Notes: generated from the letters alone by a model not told the origin. DNA of 64,000 bases from Myxococcota bacterium (GCA_041288095.1 JBGGMJ010000089.1:1-64000); one strand, 5' to 3'; counted from the stretch's first letter, positions 27,850-38,088 are shown. Numbers and translations: made by a program.

Positions 27850-27876
27850 AGAACGGCGGTTCGTTGCCGGCGATAA
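27850..27876 (+). promoter_or_regulatory. Sigma28-like promoter (variant)
   Basis: AGAA-N15-GGCGATAA upstream of the ORF at 27908. Confidence 0.4.
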
Positions 27877-27907
27877 CGGACGCGTAGCTGAACCGACGAC
27901 GTGAAAC

Positions 27908-28861
27908 GTGCAGGAGTGCGCCGTGCAAGGGACTCAGATCTTTGGAGACTACCGACTCAAGCCCATGGCCGCTTGGTTCGACGCGGCGGTGAGCGCTACG
28001 GGTAACACCCCCGGCAAGGTCGACCCCCAAGAAGCCATCCAGGGGATGCTCGTGCTCAGCGACGTCCTGGGAAGCGAGTCGGTGCGCGAGCAACGCCACC
28101 TCAAGTCGACCGCCATCGGCGACCTCAAGGAGCTCGCCAAGAGCGGAGCCATCGATGCCGCCGCCATCAAGGCGATCCAACAAGCGCGGCCTCTGTTCGC
28201 GGGTGCGCCTTCCCACCTGCGCGGCATTCTCGTGTCCTTGGTGCTCGGCGAGCGCATCTCGAGCTCCTATCACTCGTCCATGTTCGCGGACGCGAGCGCC
28301 CTCTCGCAGATGGTCCAATGCCTGATGCACAACTTCCACCCTGGCCAGGAAGCGGCGTCATTGCGCGAGATCGAGCAAGCCCTCACGCACGTCGCGCGCC
28401 ACGGCGAGGTCGTCCACGGCGAGGACGCGGCCAATGTCCGCGACGCCCTGCTGACCATGCACGTGTTCCTGCGCGATCGGCTGGCGACCGCCGGCAAACG
28501 CGAGCAATCACTCGACGACGTGATGTACACCGCCGACAAGTGGGCGTTCTCGACGAACGAAGGCCGGCGCGTTGCGCGTGCTTCCACGCAAGACGCGCTG
28601 CACCACATTGGTCTCGCTCTGCGCGGCATCGAGCACACGAAGATCTCCAGCGAAGAGGGGCAAGCGCTCCTCAACTTTCTCGGAGACCGATTCCACGGCT
28701 TGAACGGCGACCCGCGCCGCGGCCTCGCCAAGCTCAAGGAGACGGCTTACTCGGAGGGTGACTTCGCCGACGGCAAGCGCCAGCTGCTACGCGACGTGCG
28801 CAAGGTCGAGAGCGACTTCGAGCTCGGAGCGCGACGCGCGGTCGGTGGACGGCTGGTCTGA
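27908..28861 (+). CDS. Hypothetical helical protein, no signal peptide
   Basis: 317-codon ORF with GC-rich third positions. AGGAG favours GTG 27923 as the start. Confidence 0.65.
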   Translation: MQECAVQGTQIFGDYRLKPMAAWFDAAVSATGNTPGKVDPQEAIQGMLVLSDVLGSESVREQRHLKSTAIGDLKELAKSGAIDAAAIKAIQQARPLFAGAPSHLRGILVSLVLGERISSSYHSSMFADASALSQMVQCLMHNFHPGQEAASLREIEQALTHVARHGEVVHGEDAANVRDALLTMHVFLRDRLATAGKREQSLDDVMYTADKWAFSTNEGRRVARASTQDALHHIGLALRGIEHTKISSEEGQALLNFLGDRFHGLNGDPRRGLAKLKETAYSEGDFADGKRQLLRDVRKVESDFELGARRAVGGRLV

Positions 28862-28877
28862 GTTGGCGGCGCCGGCG

Positions 28878-29840
28878 CTAACGCTGGTGCTGGAACGACA
28901 GCTCGCGGTCACCGAAGCGACTCGCGACGAAGCGTGACTCGAGCCGGATTGCCCCGAGCCGTTGCTCCGGCGCGCCATCGGCGGCGCGGCCGTAGACGTC
29001 GTAGACGACTTCGCCGGAGCGGATATCACCAAGCTCGGCGCGGAAATCACGCTGCGTGTCGGGAGCGAAGCGCAAGCTCTGTCGCGGGGCGAAACGAATG
29101 CTCGCCGGCGACTGCGCGTCCGCAATAGCGTTGCCACGCGCATCGGTGGTGCCCATCGCCGCGACCGAGCGCCGCGTGGGATTGGCGACGCGCTGCAGGA
29201 AGAGATTCGCGAAGCGGAAGGTCCACGAGGTCGGGTCAGGGAGCGCGGTCGATGGACTGCGCTCGAAGAAGTCGCGCGACTGCTGCGCATCGAGGCTGGG
29301 GATGGCGTGGAGATTGACGGAGGGCCGCCCATCCACGAAGAGCTTCACGGCGATACCCGCGATGTACTGCCTGTCGTCGGCGCCGAGCGACAGGCGCGCG
29401 ATGCCGGCGGCGCCGCTGCGCCAGATGCCCGAATACGGCGTCGCTGGATCGGGCTCGAAGCGCACTTGGGCGACCGTGCCGTGCGGGTGGAAGACCTTCT
29501 CGCGGTCGGGACGCACGTCCTCGGCGAGGTCGAACGACTGCGCCAGAGTCGCGCGGTCCCAGAGGATACGGAGGGTCTCGCCTGTGCCTTTCGCGGTGAT
29601 GCCCTGCCCGCCCACAGGGGGCAGCTGCGCGTAGGGCTCGCTGGAAACGGCGCGCCATAGACGCGCGCGCTTGGTCGCGGCGTCGAGGGCGCGGTACTCG
29701 GGGCCGGACAGCGGAGCAACGGGTCCGGTGTCCGCGGTAGGCGCCGCGGCGGTCGGGGTAGAGGCCGGCGCTGGCGTTGCGCCGGTCATCGGGGCAGCGA
29801 TGGGTGAAGGTGCCACGGGTTGGACGCGAACGTCGGTCAT
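28878..29840 (-). CDS. Catalase-like fold protein with Pro/Ala/Thr-rich N-terminus
   Basis: KVFHPHG (distal His position), GIARLS, GIAVKLFVDG..SVNL, terminal SRFGD..L.FQHQR. GGAG RBS. Confidence 0.7.
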   Translation of the reverse strand: MTDVRVQPVAPSPIAAPMTGATPAPASTPTAAAPTADTGPVAPLSGPEYRALDAATKRARLWRAVSSEPYAQLPPVGGQGITAKGTGETLRILWDRATLAQSFDLAEDVRPDREKVFHPHGTVAQVRFEPDPATPYSGIWRSGAAGIARLSLGADDRQYIAGIAVKLFVDGRPSVNLHAIPSLDAQQSRDFFERSPSTALPDPTSWTFRFANLFLQRVANPTRRSVAAMGTTDARGNAIADAQSPASIRFAPRQSLRFAPDTQRDFRAELGDIRSGEVVYDVYGRAADGAPEQRLGAIRLESRFVASRFGDRELSFQHQR

Positions 29841-29865
29841 TGCTCGAGCTCCGATGAAAGTCGGA

Positions 29866-29892
29866 ATATCGAGCGCAGGCCCCGCGAGTTGC
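29866..29892 (-). promoter_or_regulatory. Sigma28-like promoter
   Basis: Minus strand GCAA-N15-CTCGATAT, 25 nt before ATG 29840. Confidence 0.55.
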
Positions 29893-29951
29893 CCGAACCA
29901 CCGCCAGCCCGAGTGCCGACGCTGCACACGTGCACGTCAGCGAGAGCGCGC

Positions 29952-30527
29952 CTATGTGCGCTTTTGCGTGCTCAAAGTTCGCAGGATCGTGGACAGCCCT
30001 TCGCACGAGGCGAAGCTCAAGCGCACCGCGCCGATCTGCACGACGTCACCGTTCTTGAGGGCGATGGCCTCACCGCGGTCATAGCGAGGCACGGCGATTC
30101 CGTTGAGCAACGTCCCGTTGCGCGAGCCGGCGTCGGCAAGCCAATAGCGGTCGGCGTCGAAGCGGACGAGCGTGTGCATCTTCGACACCGACGGATGCGC
30201 GATGGGGATGCTGTTGCGCCCGAGTCGGCCGAGGCTCGCCCACGGCGCGATCTGTGAGCGAGGTTCCTTGGGGATGGTGAACACGAGCTCGCGACCATCG
30301 AACGTGAAGACGGGCGACGCTTTGAGCTCGCTCGCGGATACCGCGATGGTCGCGAAACGCGCGCCGATGGGTCGCTCGTCGCTCGGCTGCTCGATCAAGC
30401 GCTGGATGAGAAAGCCGCGGCCGAGCGCGTGCTCGAGGTCGCGCGGAGTTGCGCGCGGGAAACGCTCGACGAGATCCGTCAAAGCAAAGCCCAGGTCGCG
30501 CTTGGCGTTGACGATGGTCGGGCTCAT
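29952..30527 (-). CDS. FHA domain protein
   Basis: LGR...NSI.I.HPSVSKMH, LADAGSRNGTLLNG, LKNGDVVQIG. ATGA overlap with the upstream gene. Confidence 0.88.
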   Translation of the reverse strand: MSPTIVNAKRDLGFALTDLVERFPRATPRDLEHALGRGFLIQRLIEQPSDERPIGARFATIAVSASELKASPVFTFDGRELVFTIPKEPRSQIAPWASLGRLGRNSIPIAHPSVSKMHTLVRFDADRYWLADAGSRNGTLLNGIAVPRYDRGEAIALKNGDVVQIGAVRLSFASCEGLSTILRTLSTQKRT

Positions 30528-31222
30528 CGGGCGTCCACCGCGCCGAGAGAACCGGTCGGCTCGACGACCTCCGTGCTCGGCCGCGTCAGCAGCACCGCGG
30601 TGACCGCGCCCGCCGCGACGATGGCCCCGACGCCGGCCCAGAACCACCAGCGCTTATACACGGGGGGCTCGTCTTGAGCTGGTGGGGGGGAGCGCTCGCT
30701 CAAGGCCAGCGCGAGTTGTTGGTCTTCGGCGGCGACGACGGTGGTCTCCGCGGGGGCTGCCGGCGCCGCCTCCCCTGCCGTCACCACGGCGGGCGTAGCA
30801 GCTGGCCTCCCTTCTTCCTCGACCTTGGGGGGCGGCGTCGCGTCCGCTACAGCGGCCTCGCGCAATCGCCTGATTTCGGCGATCTCGTCTTCGACGACGC
30901 GCCGGTCACCGGCCGTGGGGTCTTCACGCAGGTACTCCTCGAAGAAGTAGAGGGCGCGGTCGTAGTCCTTTAGGTAGCGGTGGCACTGTCCGATATTGAA
31001 GAGCAGCGCCGGGACGCGCTCGTAGCTGTAAGCCTTCTCGAAATGGACGATGGCTTTCTGGAAGTGAGCGAGCTCCGCTTCTTTCTTTCCGAGCTTGAAC
31101 TCCTTGCGAGCGCGGGCCACGTTGGCGGGCTTCTTCTTCGCGGCCTCGGCCGGTCCCGCCAACTGGACGAGGAGTGCCAGGAGGACGAACGGCGCCACCG
31201 CCGCGCGGGCAAGCGAGCTCAT
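30524..31222 (-). CDS. Secreted TPR protein with C-terminal PVYKRWWFW membrane anchor
   Basis: Signal peptide, AIVHFEKAY...PALLFNIGQCHR...ALYFFEEYL. ATGA overlap with the kinase gene. Confidence 0.82.
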   Translation of the reverse strand: MSSLARAAVAPFVLLALLVQLAGPAEAAKKKPANVARARKEFKLGKKEAELAHFQKAIVHFEKAYSYERVPALLFNIGQCHRYLKDYDRALYFFEEYLREDPTAGDRRVVEDEIAEIRRLREAAVADATPPPKVEEEGRPAATPAVVTAGEAAPAAPAETTVVAAEDQQLALALSERSPPPAQDEPPVYKRWWFWAGVGAIVAAGAVTAVLLTRPSTEVVEPTGSLGAVDAR

Positions 31223-32460
31223 TTGCGGCGCTCGAAAGGATCGATGAAGCCGCCCTTCCTGAGGCGTCCCTTCTTGCCCGTCTTCGCCTTCTTCGCCGGT
31301 TCCGCTTGAGCGGTATCGGCACTCGTCGCGGGGTCGACTTTTGGCTCGGCGTCGCCGGCCGCCACGGGCGGTGTCACCGGGGGCGCGGGCTCAACTGTCG
31401 GCTCACGGCGCGTGAACAGACCGCTGAGGGCCAACAACACGACGATGACGGCCGCCGCGGCACCGATGACGCTCAGGACGAGCTTGCGCTGGCGCTGCCG
31501 CCGGCGACGGGCGAGCGCTCCTTCACCGAAGGAGGTCGGCGTGAGCACGCGACCCGCTTCACCTTTGACCTGCAGGCTGTCGAGCAGCATGAGGCGCAGC
31601 CGCACCTCTTGCATGCTCTGTGGGCGGTCGGCGGGCTTGCGCGCAAGACACTGCATGACGAGCTCGTTGAGCTCCTGCGGCACCGGCTCCGGCAGGCCGG
31701 GAAGCTCCGCGACCGCTATCGCGTCAGCGGTGCACTTGCGCACCAAGACCTCACGCAGATCGTTACCGTCGTGCGGATGCTTGCCGCTGATCATCTCGTA
31801 CATCATGACGCCGAAGGCATAGATATCCGCGAGGTCGTCGACGTCACCACCGTCGGCTTGCTCCGGCGCCATATAGAGCGGCGTGCCGATGATGACGTCG
31901 CTCTTCTCGGGCACGATCAACGCGCCCTCGTCGTCGAGTAGTCGCGCGGCGCCGAAGTCGAACAGCTTCACGTAGTCTTGAATGCCGTCGCGCGTGAGCA
32001 GGAAGACGTTGTCGGGCTTGAGGTCCCGATGAACGACGCAGTCCTCATGGAGCGCCGCCAGCACGTCCGCGAGCTGCAACCAGATGTGCATCGAGCGCTT
32101 GAGCGTGAGACGCCCCGCGCCTTGCTCGAGATGCTCACGCAGGCTCCGGCCGGCGAGCAGCTCCATGATGTAGTACGCAGGGCCGCCGTTCGCCTCCGCG
32201 AAGTCGGTGACCTCGATGAGATGCTCGTGGCGGATGCGGTTGACCGCGCGCGCCTCGGCGAAGAAGCGTCGGAGGTGCCCAGCATCGGCGGCGACGCGCG
32301 GCAGCAGCATCTTGAGCGCAACTTGTCTGCCCAAGCGCTGGTGCTTCGCACGATAGACGCGCCCCATCCCGCCTTCCGATATGACGGACTCCAAAACGTA
32401 GTCGCCAACGACGCTGCCCGTATCGGGTAACGACGTTTCGGCTGCGGGGGCAGCGCTCAT
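31219..32460 (-). CDS. Membrane Ser/Thr protein kinase
   Basis: GGMGRVY, VALK, HRDLKPDN, DFG, GTPLYMAPEQ, DIYAFG, then a TM helix. Confidence 0.93.
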   Translation of the reverse strand: MSAAPAAETSLPDTGSVVGDYVLESVISEGGMGRVYRAKHQRLGRQVALKMLLPRVAADAGHLRRFFAEARAVNRIRHEHLIEVTDFAEANGGPAYYIMELLAGRSLREHLEQGAGRLTLKRSMHIWLQLADVLAALHEDCVVHRDLKPDNVFLLTRDGIQDYVKLFDFGAARLLDDEGALIVPEKSDVIIGTPLYMAPEQADGGDVDDLADIYAFGVMMYEMISGKHPHDGNDLREVLVRKCTADAIAVAELPGLPEPVPQELNELVMQCLARKPADRPQSMQEVRLRLMLLDSLQVKGEAGRVLTPTSFGEGALARRRRQRQRKLVLSVIGAAAAVIVVLLALSGLFTRREPTVEPAPPVTPPVAAGDAEPKVDPATSADTAQAEPAKKAKTGKKGRLRKGGFIDPFERRK

Positions 32461-32479
32461 GCCTAAAGAGGCTACCTCA

Positions 32480-33088
32480 TCAACAATCTGCCGCACAGTT
32501 CTGCTTCTTCTCCTGTGGCGCCGAACAGCAGCCGTCCCCACACACCCGAGGACAGTCGCTCTCGCAGCCACAGAACGTTTCACCGGCGCTGCAACACGCG
32601 TCGCCGCAAGTCGGCGGACAGTCCGCCGCGCAGGTGCAATTCGACTCATTGATAGCGCATACGCCGTCTCCGCACGACGCAGGTGCCGCGACCACAAGGT
32701 CGATTAAGGCCGGGGTGAGGCTCTGGGCGAGAATAGCGACGTCCGTCACGCCCTCCGCGAGGCCCACGCCATCGTTGTAACCGGCCACGTCGACGCTCAC
32801 GGTTTGGCCGCTACGATCCTCGTCGAGGAGAATGACCAGCGTCTCTACTGTACCGAGAACTCGAGGAGTTTCCGGCACGAACGTCGGCCCATAGATGCGC
32901 ACGCCCTCGAAGTCGACGCTGACGCGCACCTGGTCGACCGTGGCGCTCTCGGTATGACGGATGGTCAGGTCCACGCCCGTCGCGTTGGGGTTCACAGTGG
33001 TCTCGGTTCCCCCACACCCCCACACGCTGGCGATGAGCAGCAGAGTGGGAAACCGTTTGTTGCACCAGATCGCCGCCGCCGGGGTCAC
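32480..33088 (-). CDS. Lipoprotein with C-terminal CGDGxC Cys repeats
   Basis: LLLIASVWGC lipobox-like motif, CGDGVC/CGDACC/CGDGCC. Start uncertain. Confidence 0.7.
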   Translation of the reverse strand: MTPAAAIWCNKRFPTLLLIASVWGCGGTETTVNPNATGVDLTIRHTESATVDQVRVSVDFEGVRIYGPTFVPETPRVLGTVETLVILLDEDRSGQTVSVDVAGYNDGVGLAEGVTDVAILAQSLTPALIDLVVAAPASCGDGVCAINESNCTCAADCPPTCGDACCSAGETFCGCESDCPRVCGDGCCSAPQEKKQNCAADC

Positions 33089-33194
33089 GGGCCAATCGCC
33101 TCTCGTTGGGGGGACAACGCATAGTTGTACCAGCAAATCGGCTGTTGCGTTGGGTCGACGCGTTTACGTCGCGCCGTTTCCACCGCGCAGCGGA

Positions 33195-33536
33195 TTATCG
33201 AGGACCCTGGTCGGCACGGGCATCACGACACGCGGATGCGTTATGGTAGCCCAACCCCGCCGACAGTCCATACACCGCGCTCCAGATGGAGATGCCGATG
33301 ATGGAGGACGTCACCGGTAACCCGGTCTCATCGACGTCGTCGCGATGCGTCGCGAGGGCAACCGCGCCGACGGCGAAAGCCAGAGCCAGAGTCGTGTCGA
33401 CGATGGCCGGTGCATACGAAGCATCACAATCGAAGCTCGCGAGCTCGCGATAGTTCGGCGGCGGCGGATCGGTGAGCATGAGCGCGCAGCCGTCGAGCAG
33501 CATGAGGGCAACGAGCGGGAGGGCAACGCTACGCAT
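33195..33536 (-). CDS. Small lipoprotein/membrane protein
   Basis: MRSVALPLVALMLLDGC, 'C..SYAPAIVD', 'SA..GY...SACR'. Confidence 0.6.
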   Translation of the reverse strand: MRSVALPLVALMLLDGCALMLTDPPPPNYRELASFDCDASYAPAIVDTTLALAFAVGAVALATHRDDVDETGLPVTSSIIGISIWSAVYGLSAGLGYHNASACRDARADQGPR

Positions 33537-33597
33537 CCGTGATAGAGGACGCTGAGTCACGAGTGAACATTCTATGCCGGGCGACGTCCGAAAAGCC

Positions 33598-34101
33598 ATG
33601 CGCATTGCGGCGACGGCGGCCCTCGTCGGGTCCTACATTGTGGTCGCGGGTTGCGGCGCCAGTGACTACGGCCCAGACACCTGCAATGACGGGACGACCA
33701 TGCGCGACCCCGCCTTGGGCGCGCTGCTCGACGTCGACGGCGCGCAGCCGCGTATGACGATTGGCTGGCAGCCGGGCGTTGGTCGCGGCGCCGAGCTGCC
33801 CGCGGCCTACTTCGAAGCTGTCGAAGCCGTCGCGAGCGCGGAGTTGGCCGCGCTCATCGCAACCGTGAGCTACGTCGATCCGCGGGAGCTGCACCTCACG
33901 TTCGCGCCGCTCACGAACTACCTCGCGCAGCATGACCGACTCGCGTTCGCCCTTCGCTTCCCCGACCGCGCCGCGTTCATCGATTGCACCCACCCCGGCA
34001 GCGCCGACGCCTATCTTCTCGAAGTCGAGATCGTCTTCGATAGCGACCTCGAGGTCCTCACGGCGACCTTCAACGAGCGCGTTCTACTGGGCGACATTTG
34101 A
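33598..34101 (+). CDS. Hypothetical lipoprotein
   Basis: MRIAATAALVGSYIVVAGC lipobox. Confidence 0.6.
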   Translation: MRIAATAALVGSYIVVAGCGASDYGPDTCNDGTTMRDPALGALLDVDGAQPRMTIGWQPGVGRGAELPAAYFEAVEAVASAELAALIATVSYVDPRELHLTFAPLTNYLAQHDRLAFALRFPDRAAFIDCTHPGSADAYLLEVEIVFDSDLEVLTATFNERVLLGDI

Positions 34102-34113
34102 AGCCCGAGCAAG

Positions 34114-35049
34114 TCAGCGTCGGCGGTTCCCCAGGTGGATGAACTGCTTGTGCCAGCTCTCCGATTCACGATCGTGTCGTCGGTCTTCTTCGTAGGTGTC
34201 GATCGGTGAGCTCGAGCGGCCGTAGCGCTCCGCGAGTCGTGAAGCCTCGCTGAAGCTAGCACCCGTTCGCCACCTGAAGTCGCGCTCGAGCTCTCGGCGC
34301 TGATCCTGCTTGTAGTCCCGAACCGGGTCCCGGGATCCGCGATAGCGTTTCGCCAAGACCTCGGCATCAGCCGAATCGCGGTCCCAGAAGAGCTGGCGGC
34401 GGAAGGCCTCGACGACCTCGTCCCGGCGCGGCGACGTGGAGCGCGGAACGGGCGCATGGACAGGGACGCCGTAGTCGGTGCCGAACACCAGCCACGGCTG
34501 CGTCACGAGCAGGTGCCCGAGTGACAGCTGCGTGGCGTTGTACAGCGCGCGGTTGTCCGGGGTGAGGATGTGCCCCATGACGAGCGCTTCGGAAACGCCG
34601 GCGCGCCGCAGATGGCCCGGGATGTCGGCGATGATGGCGCTGGCACGCACCATGCCGCGCTCGAGCCCTCGGCGCACACTCCTTGCGAGCGCCGCGTCCC
34701 CGATGTGCCTGGCGAGCAGGTCCGAACCCAGCAGATCCGCCGTCAACTTCATCTTGGCTTCGAGGAGCACACGCACACTCAGCGGCCGCCCGGCATTCGC
34801 CGAAAGCACCGTCGCGGCGCGTTGCGTGAGCGCCTTGTAGAGCGCCCGGTGCTCCGGCTTGACCTGTTCCACGAAAGCAGACTCGAGTCGTAGCGCCGCC
34901 CAGATTGCCGTGCCCGTGAGCTTCTTCGTCCGCCGGCGCGGGCTAGCCACAGGTGGAGCCGTCGAGACTTTCCGTTCACGCGAGGCGCCGAGACGTTCTG
35001 TGGTCATACGGCGCTTATCGGCAGGGCTAAGGTTGCCGAGCTCTGACAT
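34114..35049 (-). CDS. Hypothetical Arg-rich protein
   Basis: Fills the gap between flanking genes. Alternative start ATG 35007 lies 7 nt after a GCCGATAA. Confidence 0.55.
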   Translation of the reverse strand: MSELGNLSPADKRRMTTERLGASRERKVSTAPPVASPRRRTKKLTGTAIWAALRLESAFVEQVKPEHRALYKALTQRAATVLSANAGRPLSVRVLLEAKMKLTADLLGSDLLARHIGDAALARSVRRGLERGMVRASAIIADIPGHLRRAGVSEALVMGHILTPDNRALYNATQLSLGHLLVTQPWLVFGTDYGVPVHAPVPRSTSPRRDEVVEAFRRQLFWDRDSADAEVLAKRYRGSRDPVRDYKQDQRRELERDFRWRTGASFSEASRLAERYGRSSSPIDTYEEDRRHDRESESWHKQFIHLGNRRR

Positions 35050-35070
35050 TCTGGCGCGGAAGCAGGGGGC

Positions 35071-36462
35071 TCACACCACTCGCTGCAACACGGCGGCGAT
35101 CTCCGCGACGCTCGCCGGCCGCTTCTTCGGGTCGCGATCGAGGCAGCGCAGCACCGCGATGTCGAGCGCTTTGGGCACGGGCTTACCACTTACCGCGCTC
35201 GGTGGGCGTGGCGCCTCGGTAACCTGGCGCAGGATCATCTCCGTCCAGCTCGACGCCTTGAACGGCAGCTCGCCGGTCAGCATGGCGAAGAGCACGACGC
35301 CCAAGCTGTAAATGTCCGAGCGAGCATCGACGGGCTCTCCCATCAGCTGCTCGGGCGCCATGTAACCCGGCGTTCCCACCACCTGGCCGGCGAGGGTGCG
35401 CGGTGCTTCGAAGGTCGTGTCCACGCGGAGCTTGGCGATGCCGAAGTCGAGCAGCTTCACGAAGTCTGGATTGCCGGCACGGCGCAGCAACATGACATTC
35501 TGCGGCTTGAGGTCGCGGTGCACGATGCCTGCCTTGTGGACGGCCTCGAGAGCGCCGCAGAGCTGCTTACCGATGACGGCAATCCGCGATAACGGAAGAG
35601 AACCATTGCTACTGAGCTCCGCGCTCAGGGTTTGGCCGACCAAGAGCTCCATGACGATGAACACATGGTCCTCGCCGACGACGAGGTCCGTGATCTGCAC
35701 GATGTTGTCGTGGGAGATCTGATTCACCAGCCGTGCTTCATCGTAGAAGCGGCGCAGGGCCCCGCGGTCGTGAACATGTTGGTCTTGCAGGAGCTTCAAC
35801 GCGACCTTGCGGCCGAGCAAGGTGTGTTGGGCGAGAAACACGTCGCCCATGCCGCCCGACCCGATGCGCTCGACGATGGTGTAGCGGCCAAGCGTGTCGC
35901 CCTTCTGCACGCCACGCGCGGCTCGCGGCGGAGGCGGAGGTTGCGCCGCACGGGGGACTACCGCTGGGGCTGCTTCAGCGGACACCACGACGGCGGGAGG
36001 CTTGGCCGACACCGCTCGTTGCGGCAGCGCGACGGCTTGCAACTTCGCGGCAGGTAGCGGCGGCGGCGTCTCGACTGCGACCATCGACCAGCGAGGTTGG
36101 CTGTCGCTTTGATGCGCCGAGAGCTCGTCGAGATAGGCCTTGAGCTCGACCTGCATGCGGGCGTCGATGCCCAAAAAGCGCATGCCCATGCCGGAGGGGC
36201 GATTGCGGCTCGAGTCCGTGGCCGCGCGGGTCCACACCACCTGCACGCGACTCGTGATCTCGAGGGACGGGCCGAACGCGCCCGGCAAGACGATGTCGAC
36301 GTCGACCACGGAGCCCGGACGCAACAGCGGCGCACCGGAGACGAACATCCCGGTCTCGCTGATGTTGATGGCGCTCCAATCGGGACGCTGCTTTGCGGCC
36401 CGCGGCATCACAGGGGCAAGCACGGACCATCGCGGCGCCGGCTTGACCGAGGCGAAGCTCAT
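35071..36462 (-). CDS. PilZ-domain Ser/Thr protein kinase (copy 1)
   Basis: KPAPR...NISETGMFV...VVW.R...GMGMRF, then GSGGMGDV, VALK, HRDLKPQN, DFG, APE. Confidence 0.9.
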   Translation of the reverse strand: MSFASVKPAPRWSVLAPVMPRAAKQRPDWSAINISETGMFVSGAPLLRPGSVVDVDIVLPGAFGPSLEITSRVQVVWTRAATDSSRNRPSGMGMRFLGIDARMQVELKAYLDELSAHQSDSQPRWSMVAVETPPPLPAAKLQAVALPQRAVSAKPPAVVVSAEAAPAVVPRAAQPPPPPRAARGVQKGDTLGRYTIVERIGSGGMGDVFLAQHTLLGRKVALKLLQDQHVHDRGALRRFYDEARLVNQISHDNIVQITDLVVGEDHVFIVMELLVGQTLSAELSSNGSLPLSRIAVIGKQLCGALEAVHKAGIVHRDLKPQNVMLLRRAGNPDFVKLLDFGIAKLRVDTTFEAPRTLAGQVVGTPGYMAPEQLMGEPVDARSDIYSLGVVLFAMLTGELPFKASSWTEMILRQVTEAPRPPSAVSGKPVPKALDIAVLRCLDRDPKKRPASVAEIAAVLQRVV

Positions 36463-36600
36463 ACTACCAGTCCAATCCGCCGCTCCCCCCACCCCCACGA
36501 CGACTGGAGCCGGCGTCGATCCTCGTCGACCCTAGAAATCGTATCAGTGCGCCTGGGCGATGCAACCGGGTTCGAGGCCGCCCGGGCTGACAGCGCGGCG

Positions 36601-37908
36601 TCAGGGGTGCCGGCGCGGTACAGCGAAACCAGGCGCCGGAAGGCCCCAGAGGAAGCCCTGAGCGAGCGGGATGCCGAGCTCGACGACGGTGGCGCGCTCC
36701 TCCTCCTTCTCGATACCTTCGGCCACGACACGGGCGCCGATGTCTTCCGACGCCACGAGCAAGCTACGAACCAGCGCACGCTTGGCGCGCTCGATATGGA
36801 CGTCTCGGACCAGCGACATGTCGAGCTTGAGGTAGTCGGGCTTGAGCCGCACGACATGTGCGAGGTTTGCATACCCGGCACCCACATCGTCGATGGCGAG
36901 GCGCGCGCCCGCTTTGCGCAACTCGGAAAGACCGCGCTCGAGAAGCTCGTAGTTGCGGACCGCCACGCTCTCACTGAGCTCGATGACGATGCGCGTGGCT
37001 GGGATCGCGCCTTCCTGGGTCTCGAGCAACGCCTCACGGAAGCGTGGGTCGTTGATCAATCCCGGCGAGACGTTGAGGAAGAGGTCCGCTCCAGCGGGCA
37101 GGTCGGTGGCGCTCGCCATGGCGCAGCGGAAACAAGCACGTAGCATCTCACCGCTGAGCTTCGCGGTGCTGGCGAGATGAAAGAGCGCGGCCGGCATCTC
37201 GAAGCCCGCGGCCGTCGGTCCGCGAACGAGCGCTTCGTATCCGTGCGCCCCGCCCTCGCGCAGGTCGATCACCGGCTGGAAAAACATGCGCAGCTGCTCG
37301 TTGATGAGAATGTCGCGGAGCCGTTCGCGCGCCCGTGCCGCGACGTGAAGCTCTTGGCTCGCGGCTATGCGCCGGGCCTCCTCGAGCCCTCGGTAGACCA
37401 ACCGCTCGGGCTGCACCATGGCGTTCGCGAGCACCAGCGAATAGCCGACGCGCGGGGTCACGGTCAGACCGAAGGGACCGAGCACACCCGCGAGTCGTCC
37501 CATGAACACGGCTTGAATGCGGCCGGCGACTTGTTCGAGCTCGCGATGCGTGAAGTCCGCGCCGCGACGCGGCCCCTCGAGAAAGAACGCGATCTGCTCG
37601 CCATAGGGCATGACCGTACACAACAGGTCGCCACTCCCGAGCACCTCGCTGCGCAACGCGCCCGCTTCACGCGCGATCTGGCCCAAGAGCTCGTTGTACG
37701 CCGAGCGCCCGAACTCCATCTCGACCGAGCCGAAGGGCTCCAGGTCGATGAGAACGATACCGAGGTAACCCAAAGTCTCGAGCAGGACGTGGACGTCATG
37801 CGTGATCGCGTGCAGCGGCGGTAGCTGCGTCGCGCTATCGAGCTCGACGCGCTCACGGTCGGTGACCGGAACGACTCCTGACTCGACCTTTGCCACGCTG
37901 GACCTCAA
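36601..37908 (-). CDS. EAL-domain c-di-GMP phosphodiesterase with degenerate GGDEF-like N-terminus
   Basis: FQPVID, YEALVRG, FLNVS, IELSE, IDDVGAGY, LKLDMSLV, VAEGIE, QGFL. Confidence 0.9.
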   Translation of the reverse strand: MRSSVAKVESGVVPVTDRERVELDSATQLPPLHAITHDVHVLLETLGYLGIVLIDLEPFGSVEMEFGRSAYNELLGQIAREAGALRSEVLGSGDLLCTVMPYGEQIAFFLEGPRRGADFTHRELEQVAGRIQAVFMGRLAGVLGPFGLTVTPRVGYSLVLANAMVQPERLVYRGLEEARRIAASQELHVAARARERLRDILINEQLRMFFQPVIDLREGGAHGYEALVRGPTAAGFEMPAALFHLASTAKLSGEMLRACFRCAMASATDLPAGADLFLNVSPGLINDPRFREALLETQEGAIPATRIVIELSESVAVRNYELLERGLSELRKAGARLAIDDVGAGYANLAHVVRLKPDYLKLDMSLVRDVHIERAKRALVRSLLVASEDIGARVVAEGIEKEEERATVVELGIPLAQGFLWGLPAPGFAVPRRHP

Positions 37909-38088
37909 AGGCTCGGGGTCTCGAGCTGAGAGGGGATGCTATCCTGGCGGCGCTCAGGGCGCTACCGCGCTTGCTACGGTGAGTTTTTTTGACGGATCTC
38001 GACGTGGGCTCACATCCGCTCCTACACGAAGCGGGGGAAGAGCCCCACGGTTCTCCGCCTCGTCCGCTAAAGCGAACTCAGCACATGG

